Assembly (NCBI GenBank): GCA_030390025.1
Contig: JASTWF010000036.1
Location: 1,488,001 to 1,552,000, forward strand
Direction: 5' to 3'
From: Squalus acanthias
Taxonomy: Eukaryota
Length of the DNA stretch: 64,000 nt
Shown: positions 1 through 10,429 of the stretch, piece after piece
Numbering within the stretch: the first letter of the stretch is position 1
How the letters are laid out: each line of letters opens with the position of its first letter
Translations under genes and position numbers: made by a program
The notes under the pieces: model-generated
What the model was told of the DNA's origin: nothing
Database searches by the model: none
The model's input: only the letters and a program-made list of their open reading frames with translations

Positions 1-669
1 GGAAAGGAAAGCACATAAAAGAAAGAGAGCGGCAGTGGTTCCTTCCAGCAATAGTAAGATCAGCCAACAGGGCAATTCAACCCCTTTTTAATTATTTGGT
101 ACATATCTGCTTTAGAACAGACTTAATCCTCTGCCAAGTGTCCTCAGCCACACGCTGCTGTATTGAAGATAACGGCAGTTTGTAATGTATGAGCCACTGA
201 ATCGTACCACTGGCTGCATCCAAAGCATTCTGGGTAATAGTCCAGTGTTGTGTAACTTTGCTCTCCAACTTCCTGAAGTATTTGAATTGGAAAAATAAAA
301 ATATACAACGCAAAATTTACCAAGCATAAATTTCAGATGCATACTGATTTTTACAAGTCAGAAATGAAGCTCCTTTTTAGCTAGATTTGGCCTTCTAGGG
401 TGCTGTAAGTCCCTCATACCCCGAGGTAACAGTGTAGCTGTGTGAAGACGAGCAGGATGATTACCATTTGTAAAGTCAAACATGGCCTTGAATAACCTTA
501 GCCTGCAGTGGGACTGAAGGAGATGGAAAAAAGATTGATTATTTGCGGGCCTGCAAAGCTTTTAAAAATAAAATTCTCAAATTACTTATGGATTAACAAA
601 GTCTGTGAGACATCAGAAGTGAATTTTTTTATTGGAATATTTTCTGGAGTGACTCTTCAGTGGATGCGC

Positions 670-2095
670 TTCAGATGAGACGTTAAACCGAGGCCCCGTC
701 TGCTCTCATAGAAACATAGAAACATAGAAAATAGGTGCAGGAGTAGACCATTCGGTCCTTCGAGCCTGCACCGCCATTCAATGCGTTCATGGCTGAACAT
801 GCTACCTCAGTACCCCATTCCTGCTTTCTCGCCATACCCCTTGATCCCCCTAGTTGTGAGTGTTATATCTAACTCCCTTTTGAATATATTTAGCGAACTG
901 GCCTCAACAACCTTCTGTGGAAGAGAATTCCATAGATTCACCACTCTCTGGGTGAAGAAGTTCCTCCTCAGCTCAGTCTTAAATGGCTTCCCCTTAATCC
1001 TTAGACTGTGACCCCTGGTTCTAGTTTTCCCTAACATTGGGAACATTCTGCCCGCATCTAATTTGTCTAAACCAGTCAGGATTTTAAATGTCTCTATAAG
1101 ATCCCCCCTCATTCTTCTGAACTCCAGAGGATACAAGTTCAGTTGACCCAATCTTTCCTGATATGTCAGTCCGGCCATCCCAGGAATCAATCTAGTGAAC
1201 CTTCGCTGCACTCCCTCAATAGCAAGAATGTCCTTCCTTAAGTTAGGAGACCAAAACTGCGCATAATACTCCAGGTGTGGCCTCACCAAGGCCCTGTACA
1301 ACTGCAGCATCACCTCCCTACTCCTGTACTCAAATCCCCTTACTATGAAGGCCATCATTCCGTTTGCTTTCTTGACTGCCTGCTGCACTTGCATTCCCAC
1401 CTTCAGTGACTGATGTACCATGACGCCCAGGTCTCGTTGCACCTCCCCTTTCCCTAATCTGCCACCATTCAGGTAATAGTCCGCCTCTCTATTTTTACCA
1501 CCAAAGTGGATAACCTCACATTTATCCACATTGTACTTCATCTGCCATACATTTGCCCATTCACCCAACCTGTCCAAGTCACTCTGTAGCCTCCTAGCAT
1601 CCTCCTCATTGTTCACACTGCCTCCCAATTTAGTGTCATCCTGCAAATTTGGAGATATTACATTTAATCCCTTCGTCCAAATCATTAATATATAATGTAA
1701 ACAGCTGGGGTCCCAGCACCGAACCCTGCGGTACCCCACTGGTCACTGCCTGCCATTCTGAAAAGTACCCATTTACTCCTACTCTTTGTTTCCTGTGTGC
1801 CAACCAGTTCTCAATCCACGTTGGATGTAAAAGATCCCATGGCACTATTTCGAGGAAGAGCAGGGGAGTTATCCCCGGTGTCCTGGCCAATATTTATCTC
1901 TCAATCAACATAACTAAAAACAGATTATCCGGTCATTATCACATTGCTGTTTGTGGGAGCTTGCTGTGTGCAAATTGGCTGCCGCTTTTCCTACATTACA
2001 ACAGTGACCACACTTCAAAAAGTACTTCATTGGGTGTAAAGCGCTTTGGGACGTCCTGAGGTTGTGAAAGGCGCTATAGGAATGCAAGCCTTTCT
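670..2095 (+). mobile_element. DeuSINE (SacSINE1/AmnSINE1-like) split in two (670-707 and ~1821-2095) by a CR1 insertion
   Basis: GATGAGACGTTAAACCGAGGCCCCGTCTGCTCTC stops at 707 and resumes at ~1821 with GGATGTAAAAGATCCCATGGCACTATTTCG...AAAGGCGCTAT...ATGCAAG. The same sequence is contiguous in the copies at 2464 and 19016. Confidence 0.85.
708..1820 (-). mobile_element. 5'-truncated CR1 LINE (HER1-like): RT C-terminal half plus 3' UTR, pseudogenised
   Basis: ORFs 1636-1890 and 807-1739 give [37 protein letters not shown] and FFTQRVVNLWNSLP. A 1-nt frameshift falls inside the FADD motif at ~1640. (ATAGAAAC)n tail at 708-730. Confidence 0.95.
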
Positions 2096-2463
2096 TAAAA
2101 GCTTCTTTAAAACCCTTCTCTTTGACACTGCTCGCCCTTACCTCTGCCCGTTTTCTCTCTTGCTTGATGCCCACCTTTCTCTAAACTGCTCAGAGGTGAT
2201 GTTCTTTACATGAGGGAGCGCTATCTAAATGCAAGTTGCTGTTATAGAGTCCAACTGACTGGAATTTTACAGACAAAGATGGCCTCTAACAGCGGCCCAT
2301 TGGGTAGAAGCCACTTCACATCTATAGGGATAAATTTTGGGAGGCCCCACTGAGGTGTTTTCTCCTCCTCCCCTGTCTCCTGATGCTTCATGACTGCACT
2401 GTCTGTGAATGAGATGGTGGCGACTTTGTTCCAGGCCTCTGTGAGCCCCCTTCTGAAAGGTGC

Positions 2464-2892
2464 TAGCATTCTTGCCTCTGAGTCAGAAGGTTGTGGGTTT
2501 AAGTCCCACTCCCGGGACTTGAGTACGTAATTCAGGCCGACACTCCCACTGCAGTACTAAGGGAGTTCTGCACTGTCGGAGGTGCCGTTTTTTCGGATGA
2601 GACGTCAAACCGAGGCCCTGCCTGCCCTCTCAGATAAAAGATCCGATGGCACTATTTCGAAGAAGAGCAGGTGAGTTCTCCCCGGAGTCCTGGCCAATAT
2701 TTATCCCTCAATCAACATCAGTAAAACAGATTATCTGGTCATTATCACATTTCTGCTTGTGGGATTGTGCTGTGCGCACGTTGGAACATTACAACAGTGA
2801 CGACACTTCAAAAGTACTTCATTGGCTGTAAAGTGTTTTGGGACATCCTGAGGTTGTGCAAGGTGCTATATAAATGCAAGTTCATTCTTTCT
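2464..2892 (+). mobile_element. DeuSINE, near full length
   Basis: tRNA-like head remnant (CTCTGAGTCAGAAGGTTGTGGGTTTAAGTCCC), Deu-type core and L2-like tail ending GCTATATAAATGCAAG. Confidence 0.9.
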
Positions 2893-3069
2893 CCTGAATT
2901 GGGTGTAAGCAGCCCCGGGTGACTCATCCTTCAAATTTTACTCCCTGGCTTCATGCTCATCTGCTAAGTTTGGCTAAAATGGTGAGTGTGGTGTGCAGAG
3001 AGGGTCAGAGATGCAAACCAATGCCCCTCTGCGATGTTATTTTTCCTTTGATGCTGTCCCATCAAGTTT

Positions 3070-3390
3070 TTAAAATGTAATTCTCGGGATGTGGGCGTCA
3101 CTGGCAAGGCCAGCATTTATTGCCCATCCCTAGTTGCCCTTGAGAAGGTGGTGGTGAGCTTCCTTCTTGAACCGCTGCAGTCCGTGTGGTGAAGGTACTC
3201 CCACAGTGCTGTTAGGGAGGGAGTTCCAGGATTTTGACCCAGCGACTATGAAGGATCAGCGATATACTTCTAAGTCAGGGTGGTGTGTAACTTGGAGGGG
3301 AACTTGGAGGTGGTGGTGTTCCCATGCGCCTGCTGCCCTTGTCCTACTAGGTGGAAGAGGTCGCGGGTTTGGGAGGTGCTGTTGAAGAAG
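3070..3390 (-). mobile_element. 3' end of a second CR1/L2-group LINE family ('family B')
   Basis: Near-identical to 7640-7950 and 20560-20870; tail GGGCAATAAATGCTGGCCTTGCCAG...CCCACATCCC on the minus strand. Confidence 0.85.
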
Positions 3391-3590
3391 GGCAGTTAAG
3401 TGGGCAGTTAAGAATCAACTGCGTTCGCGTGGGACTGGAGTCACATATAGGCCCAGACCGGGTAAGGACGGCAGGTTTCCTTCCCTAAAAGACATTAGTG
3501 AACCAGTTGGGTTTGTACGACAATCCGGCAGCTTCATGGTCACTGATGCTAGCTTTATATTTCCAGATTTAAAAAAAAACTGAATTCAAC
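3391..3590 (-). mobile_element. Body of a tRNA-derived SINE recalled to share the family-B LINE tail
   Basis: GCTAGCTTTATATTTCCAGATTT...TGAATTCAA overlaps the head-containing copy at 49940-50097. The family assignment is from recalled shark repeats. Confidence 0.65.
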
Positions 3591-3847
3591 TTCTGTTGCA
3601 CAAGTCTCATAGAATATATGGGACAGCACAGTGAACCGGCAGCGAGGGGAGTGTTGATTGCTTTCTTATCTGAACATGGCTTCAATGCCACTTCACGCTA
3701 GATCTTCATTCAACCGTACAGTCATGGAATCGCTACTGAAATTATTGGAAAATAGAGGTTGCAGGCCGGGACCCGGAAGATGCCACCCACCGGTTCCCGA
3801 AGGTTAACGCAAACAGTACAGACCGATGGACGTATAGAACAAACTAG

Positions 3848-4187
3848 CTTGCATTTACAGAGGACCTCAACATGTCCTCAGGTTATCCTGAAGCGCATCA
3901 CAGCAGCCATTTTCAAACTGAAAATGAGATGTTTTTGGTGGTGTTGATTGAAGGCGGAATATTGCCCAGGACACCGGGGAGAACTTCCCTGCTCTTTCCT
4001 CAAATTGTGCCTCGGGATCTTCTGCATCCACCTGAGCAGACAAGAGGGGACTCTGTTTAACGTCTCGCCTACTGGTGCAACACTGCCTCAGCACTGCACT
4101 CAATTGCGTGCTCAAGTCTTGGAGTGAGGTTTGAACTCAATCTGCTGACTCTGAGGTGAGAGTGCGACTAACTGAGCCAAGCTGACA
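3848..4187 (-). mobile_element. Diverged DeuSINE with tRNA head
   Basis: Minus strand reads TGGCTCAGTTAG (A box)...GTTCAAACC (B box), then Deu core (GGTGTCCTGGGCAATATT) and ...AAATGCAAG tail. Confidence 0.8.
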
Positions 4188-4559
4188 TTTTACAGGTGTA
4201 ATCATCTTACTGATCAGCTCAGCAGTTAGTTGCAGCAGCCTTTCACCCCAACCTGCACCTGTAGCCTTGCTACTGTGTTGCTGCCTGACTCCATTTACAT
4301 TACTCTCGCACTTCATTTTATTTCCAGGCTTCCCTTAGTTTGAGGGACGCTCCCAGACCGATGTGTGATGTGCAGTCTGGGTGACTGCAATCAGCTCAGA
4401 ATCTGCTGTACCTCTAATCAATGAGCAGGCATCTTGTAACATCGCCTCATCCCGCGCCGCTTCTCCCTGTACCGTCCCACCAACACATCGCCCCGTACTA
4501 CCCCATTCTGCCCTTCACCACCCCACATCGTCTCACCCCGCACCACCCTGCACCCCCAC

Positions 4560-4724
4560 CAACGCTCCCTTTAAGCTGCGCAGACGCACAGCGCTCCAGG
4601 GATCCCGTGCAGCCGGCTTGCCGGCTTTTCAATGTAAAAACCGCACATGCGCAGTATTTTGAATGGCCCGCGCCGCCCCTTAAAGGGGCCACGCGGTGCC
4701 CCAAAAAAATTAGAGGGAACATTG
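4560..4724. mobile_element. Short hAT-like MITE inside a C-rich low-complexity tract
   Basis: Left end CAACGCTCCCTTTAA versus reverse complement of the right end CAATGTTCCCTCTAA (12/15). CpG-rich interior; TSD degenerate. Confidence 0.5.
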
Positions 4725-7069
4725 CACCTCACCTCGCCCTGCATCACCTCACCACACCCCACCCCGCCCTGCACTAGCCTACACAGCCCCACTCCGCCCT
4801 GCACTACCCTACACAGCCCCACCCCACCCCACCCTAGTCTGCCCCTCACCCATGCAGATCTTGGCATTCTTCCATATATTGGATATTGTTTAAAACGTGG
4901 CTCAACAAAGCATAAATAATCGTAATGACAGATCTGTTCAGGAAACGCAGAGACATAAAGGAATACTCCTGTTATTAATCATCATCTATTAGTATTTGTT
5001 TAACCTCTTGATAATTGTGTTTAATCAATTTCATAATTTAATAAGCTTCTTTTGTGAATCAGGCCAGATTTATTTAATTAAGAAAGAAAATCTTTCATCA
5101 TTCATTTCTTGATGTGCAATAGAAGTGCCAGACCAGTGATACCTATCTGCTAATGCCCTTTGTGGCCTTTTAGTGGATTAGGAAATCCTGTTCCATCTTC
5201 AATGTATTTGTGTTACAGGAGACTGTCACCATTAGACCTAATCCTTCTGGTCGCATCTTCCTGACTGACAGGCCTAACCTATTATGTGACAGATACAGGA
5301 GTTGGGGGAGGGGGGTGGGTAGGAAGAGAGAGACAAAGAGGGAGACAGTCGGAGATAGACAGCATCAGAGAGAGCGGTGAACCGACAAATGGAAATGGAG
5401 ACAGTCAGATGGTTGGAGAGGAAGAGAGAGGCAGAAAGTCAAGAGATGTTGAGGACAGAACCACCACAATATCATAGAAGGAAGAATTTTTAAGACTGGT
5501 TGTTATTTTATTTAACTGTTATGGGGGCATATTTTCCAGTTACCAGTTTGCTTGCCGTCCGCAAATTGGGATGGACCCTACTAAGTTTTTTTTATTCAGA
5601 AACCTAAGTGAAGTGCCAAGGCCCTTAGTGCAGGACACCACCAGGGTTGAAAAGAGTAGGAGAGATGATGAGGTAAGTCAGGAAGCAATGGGTAGTTGGC
5701 ACAAACCTTGGCTTTTAAGAGATTGTGGGAAAAAGGGAAGACTGAGGGAGGTGAGGATTCCACAGTTTTGAGGTACTGAGGAAGAATGAGTTAGAGAGAG
5801 GACAGTGTGATCAGTCTTATTTTCAACACTGAGCAGAAGAAAGAGGGTATAGGATTTGGGTGGCGGGGGAGGGCAGAGAGGAAAGTTCAGGGGAGAAATA
5901 ATTACAGTAGTCACACAATTGAGAAAGATTGAGATGGAAAGAGAGAAGCTGGAGGGGAGAGTGGACTTGGCTATTAGACAACAAGATTTTCCGTGTACCC
6001 TGTGCAAGAGTATGAGAGAATTGACAGAAGAGCTTCCACAGATATGAGAGCAGTATTCTAGTATTGGAGAGACTCGGGCTTTATATCAGGTGAAAAGGCG
6101 TTGAAGGAAAAAGTGTTTCCTTAATTTATATAGTCAGTGTATAGCCTAAAATGGTCCATTATAAAAAGCTGATTCATTTCGCTGACAATGTACATTTATT
6201 TATTTATATCTTTAAATCTCTCTTTGAAACGTTGCAAAATCAATCCCAGTATTTTAACTAAAACGAGGAATCCAATCGTTAAGTCCAATCCGCTGACAAC
6301 ATCTGGTGATTGATTGCTTCTGGGAGCTCGGAGAAAACTCTTCAGCATTCCTCAGGATTGTGCTCGCTTTCCAATTGAGCTGTGAATGCTGGAGAACAAG
6401 GCGTGCGCTGTGTTATCAAATGACACGCTTTTCTCAAAAGTAGTCAGTGGTGTCGCTGCCGCACTAACTGCAAAGGCCTGCCCTGCCCAGAGCACGCTGT
6501 CAGGCCACCTGACAGGGAACCCGTCAAGCAGATTATAATGGACTTGTGAAAACCACAGAACTAACATTTAAAAGTCTTTTAAAGCCACAACCATTTCAAC
6601 CTGGATTTTCAACAGGACAACAGCAGCTGCAATGCTAGCCAGATCCAGAATCCCAGCTATGGGGGAGGGCAAGGCATTTGAATAGGTTTGTAATGTGTTG
6701 TCTCTTGCTCAGAGGGTTATGAGTCTCGGTAACTCAGTTAAGAAGGGATGCCTATATTTTTACATCCCAAATATGGGTATGGGAAGAGATTTTCTACTGG
6801 ATTTTCTGCCCACTGAACTGAATATTTCAAATGGCTGAACAGCAGGGGGAAAAAAAACATTCAATCTTCTTGATCAAGAAGATCAAGAACACAATTTTGA
6901 TTCAATCGTCCAGTGACTGAGCACTTTGCTTAATACATCTGAAGTACCTGGGACCAACATCTCAAAATGCCTGATGGTGCTTGATTTCTCACCATTCCTT
7001 TCCCCCCCTCCCATAGCTTGCTGTTCTCTTTTTGTAATTCTATGATGCTCTCTTCATAACTTGTCTGAG

Positions 7070-7407
7070 TAGGTAGCTGTCAGCCCTGTGTGTCAGCAGG
7101 CTGTGGGTTCAAGCCCCATGCCAAGACTGGCTCCATCTGCCCAATCTGCTGGTACAAGTGGATGTTAACAATCCCATGGTACTGTTTGAAGGAGAACAAC
7201 AGGCCCTCCTGGTGCCCTGGCCAACATTCCTCCCTAAATTTACGCCACCAAAAACAGATCAACTGATCGTCCATCTCATTGTTGTTTGTGGGATCTTGCT
7301 GTTTGCAAAATGGCTGCTATGTTTGCCTGCATAAGAGTGACTGACTTTTAAAGTAATTCACTGGATCGGAAGCACTTGGACAGTGTTCTGAGTGATGTGA
7401 TAAATGC
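7070..7407 (+). mobile_element. Old, diverged DeuSINE
   Basis: GTGGGTTCAAGCCCC B box, ATCCCATGGTACTGTTTGAAGGAG, GTGCCCTGGCCAACATT, TTGTGGGATCTTGCTG, ATAAATGCAG. Confidence 0.75.
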
Positions 7408-8505
7408 AGGTCTCCAAAGCCTTTCCACCATCTACAAGGCACAAGTAAGGAGTGTGATGGAATACTCTCCACTTGCCTGGATGAGTGCAGCTCCAACAAC
7501 ACTCAAGAAGCTCAACACCATCCAGGACAAAGCAGCCCGCTTGATTGGCACCTCATCCACCACCTTAAACATTCACTCCCTCCACCACCGGTGTACCTTG
7601 GCTGCTGTGTGTACCATCTACAAGATCTTTTTATTTTTTATATTCGTTTATGGGATCTGGGCGTCGCTGGCAAGGCCAGCATTTGTTGCCCATCCCTAGT
7701 TGCCCTTGAGAAGGTGGTGGTGAGCCGCCTTCTTAAACCGCTGCAGTCCGTGTGGTGATGGTACTCCCACAGTGCTGTTAGGTAGGGAGTTCCAGGATTT
7801 TGACCCAGCGACGATGAAGGATCGGCGATATACTTCTAAGTCAGGATGGTGTGTGACTTGGAGGGGAACTTGGAGGTGGTGGTAGTCCCATGTGCCTGCT
7901 GCCCTTGTCCTTCTAGGTGGTAGAGGTCGCGGGTTTTGGAGGTGCTGCCGAAGAAGCCTTGGCGAGTTGCTGCAGTGCATCTTGTAGATGGTACACACTG
8001 TAGCCACGGTGCGCCGGTGGTGGAGGGAGTGAATGTTTAAGGTGGTGGATGGGGTGCCAATCAAGCGGGCCGCTTTGTCCTGGATGGTGTCGAGCTTCTT
8101 GAGTGTTGTTGGAGCTGCACTCATCCAGGCAAGTGGAGAGTATTCCATCACACTCAAGATGCACTGCAGCAGCTCGTCAAGGCTTCTTTGACAGCACCTC
8201 CCAAACCCGCGACCTCCCCCACCTAGAAGGACAAGGGCAGCAGGTGCATGGGAACACCACCACCTCCAAGTTCCCCGACAAGTCACATTCCATCCTGACT
8301 TGGAAGTACATCGCCCTTCCTTCATCGTCGCTGGGTCAAAATCCTGGAACTCCCTCCCTAACAGCACCGTGGGAGCACCTTCACCACACGGACTGCAGCG
8401 GTTCAAGAAGGCGGTTCAACACCACCTTCTCAAGGGCAACTAGGGATGGGCAATAAATGCTGGCCTTGGCAGCGACGCCCACATCCCATGAATGAATTAA
8501 ATAAA
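7408..8505 (+). mobile_element. Family-B LINE 3' fragment (7408-7626 and 8155-8505) interrupted by an inverted copy of the same family
   Basis: ORF2 C-terminus YKAQVRSVMEYSPLAW...LHHRCTLAAVCTIYK continues after the insert as KMHCSSSSRLL; 3' tail CCCACATCCCATGAATGAATTAAATAAAA. Confidence 0.9.
7627..8154 (-). mobile_element. Family-B LINE, 5'-truncated, with TSD CAAGAT
   Basis: ORF 7696-8406 carries SVMEYSPLAW...LHHRRTVATVCTIYKMH...KSWNSLP. CAAGAT occurs at 7621-7626 and 8155-8160. Confidence 0.92.
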
Positions 8506-8506
8506 A

Positions 8507-8625
8507 GCTCTGATAAAGGGTACACACTCAAAACATGTTAATCTGCCTCTTTACAGGCGCTGACTAACCTGCTGTGTCTTTCCAGAAATTTCTATATTTA
8601 CTTCAGATCGCCAGCATTTCCTTTT
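8507..8625 (+). mobile_element. Degenerate Penelope-type terminal remnant
   Basis: CTGATAAAGGG...CAAAAC resembles a decayed CTGATGA...GAAAC hammerhead core. It is followed by GCTGACTAACCTGCTGTGTCTTTCCAG...TTCAGAT..CCAGCAT, similar to a recalled shark Penelope-like repeat. Confidence 0.45.
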
Positions 8626-10429
8626 TAGTTTTGCTTTCTCTTTTGTTTGGTGTGGCTGTGTGTTGACATTCGCAACTGCGATATTTCCCAGCTCCTCCTG
8701 CATGCACTATCTGTACACTGAACCGATACAGTGCCATAGTTACGAATATTAAAGGACCAGTTCGTGATGGCAACAAATAATTTTCAATTACCAAGCTTGT
8801 TGCTATTATACTGAGGTGCAAACCTTTCTGAAAAAACACACGAGCAAGTGTTGTGATGACTGGGTATTGAATTATGGAACCCGTACAGGTTTTTTTTCCC
8901 TTCGAAAACCTCAGCCCTTTCGTTGACCTATTTTGTTTGAATAATTGAATTTATCTCTGATTTACCTTAGTGTACAGAAATAACAACTATATTTTTGGCA
9001 TGCTTAAGTGGCAATAAAACTTTAATGTGCGGTATTAGGGACCCAAGAAACTAGAATGAATCGCTGCCTTTGATGCTCAATAAAAAAGGAGTGAATATGG
9101 ACACCACTGTGTCAACAATGAGTTGGAGGTGGGGGGCGAGCATTGGGGTTTTAATTTACAGAGTCCCCGAACTCATGGCTGAAACTACAGCAAACAGAGT
9201 CTCCCGATTACAGCGGGATTATTTCTCTGGCAAAATGCAGTGAGTGGAGGAGAGTCACATAATGCAAATTAAGCGCATAAAATCAATCCCAGTCACGTAC
9301 AGCAGTGCGGTCTCCAGGCATGATTGACGGGGGAATTATCTCTATTCTGGCCGGGACTTGTGGTGTCACTACATGCAGCCTAAAAAAGACAGAAAACCGA
9401 CACGTCTCACAGGAGTCAGCGAACACTCGTGAGGGGAGGGGGTCACGAGTGGTGAGGGATGTGTGACCTGGAGGCGGCCTGTGTCTCCATGGCGACACCG
9501 CCTCAAGGCAAGTGGCTCTTGCCCGAAGGCACGAGTGGATTCCGTTTGAGGAGGAGGGAAGATGCATTAAGTCGCCATGGAGAGGGAAAATTGGATTCTT
9601 GTTGCTTGTGTCTCAGTGTTGGCCTCAGGTTTGCTCCCCCAGGCCTGCTCACAGGTTGGTCTCCATGTGAGGGTTTGTGCGTCCTCTTATCCTGTCTAAT
9701 GGTGAGCAGTCGCTGCAAGTGTAATTAGCAATTTATGAAGAAAACGTTTCAGCCTGTAAAGCAAAAATTGAAAGCAGTTCACGGCAGAAGAAGAGTCAAT
9801 TTTGAAATTTTAGTTTTAGTTGCAGTTTTCGAAGTGACGATGGAGGGTATGCAATATTCTAAACTGTATTCAAGTGACAAGCCCATTGATCTGCCCTCTT
9901 GATGACTCTGTTATATGTCATTGGGAGATACTACCCCTCAGTGACAACCTCTACTTCTTAAGTTGCAATGATTTTCTTTGGGGGATATTCATTGTACAAA
10001 GTTAGCTGAGATCATGTTCGTGCAATGTCTTGGCCCAGTGCTTTGGAGTTTTTTAAGCTGAGTGCAGTTTCTTTTAATAGCTAGATGAATAATTCAGGGA
10101 GGTTTGTGTGCTGGGTTTGTCATATCCAAGACACTAATGATGAAGCATGGGTTTGATATTTGACTCTGATTATGTTCCTATTACAACGTTAGGTTTTTCT
10201 CCCTCTGAACAGTCTCGCAGCAATTTCTATAAGTGATCTTTGACCCCTATGTTGCAGAAGCTGTACTTTTTTTGTAATCTTCCTTTTATCGAAGATCTGA
10301 GGATTAACAATTGCCCTATTTGCAGTGATCTGTTTACTAGATTAAAAATAGTGTTATACTACCACGCTCACTTTGAAATGGCGGATAGTAAACTCAGGCC
10401 AGGTTTTACAGCTGACAGCAACAACGTTA

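Noticed and set aside
807..1739. Functional or domesticated reverse transcriptase gene (also the RTE and the 32.7-35.6-kb CR1)
   Set aside because: All are 5'-truncated, with a frameshift, stop or insertion in the RT, and retain LINE tails. They are ordinary dead copies.
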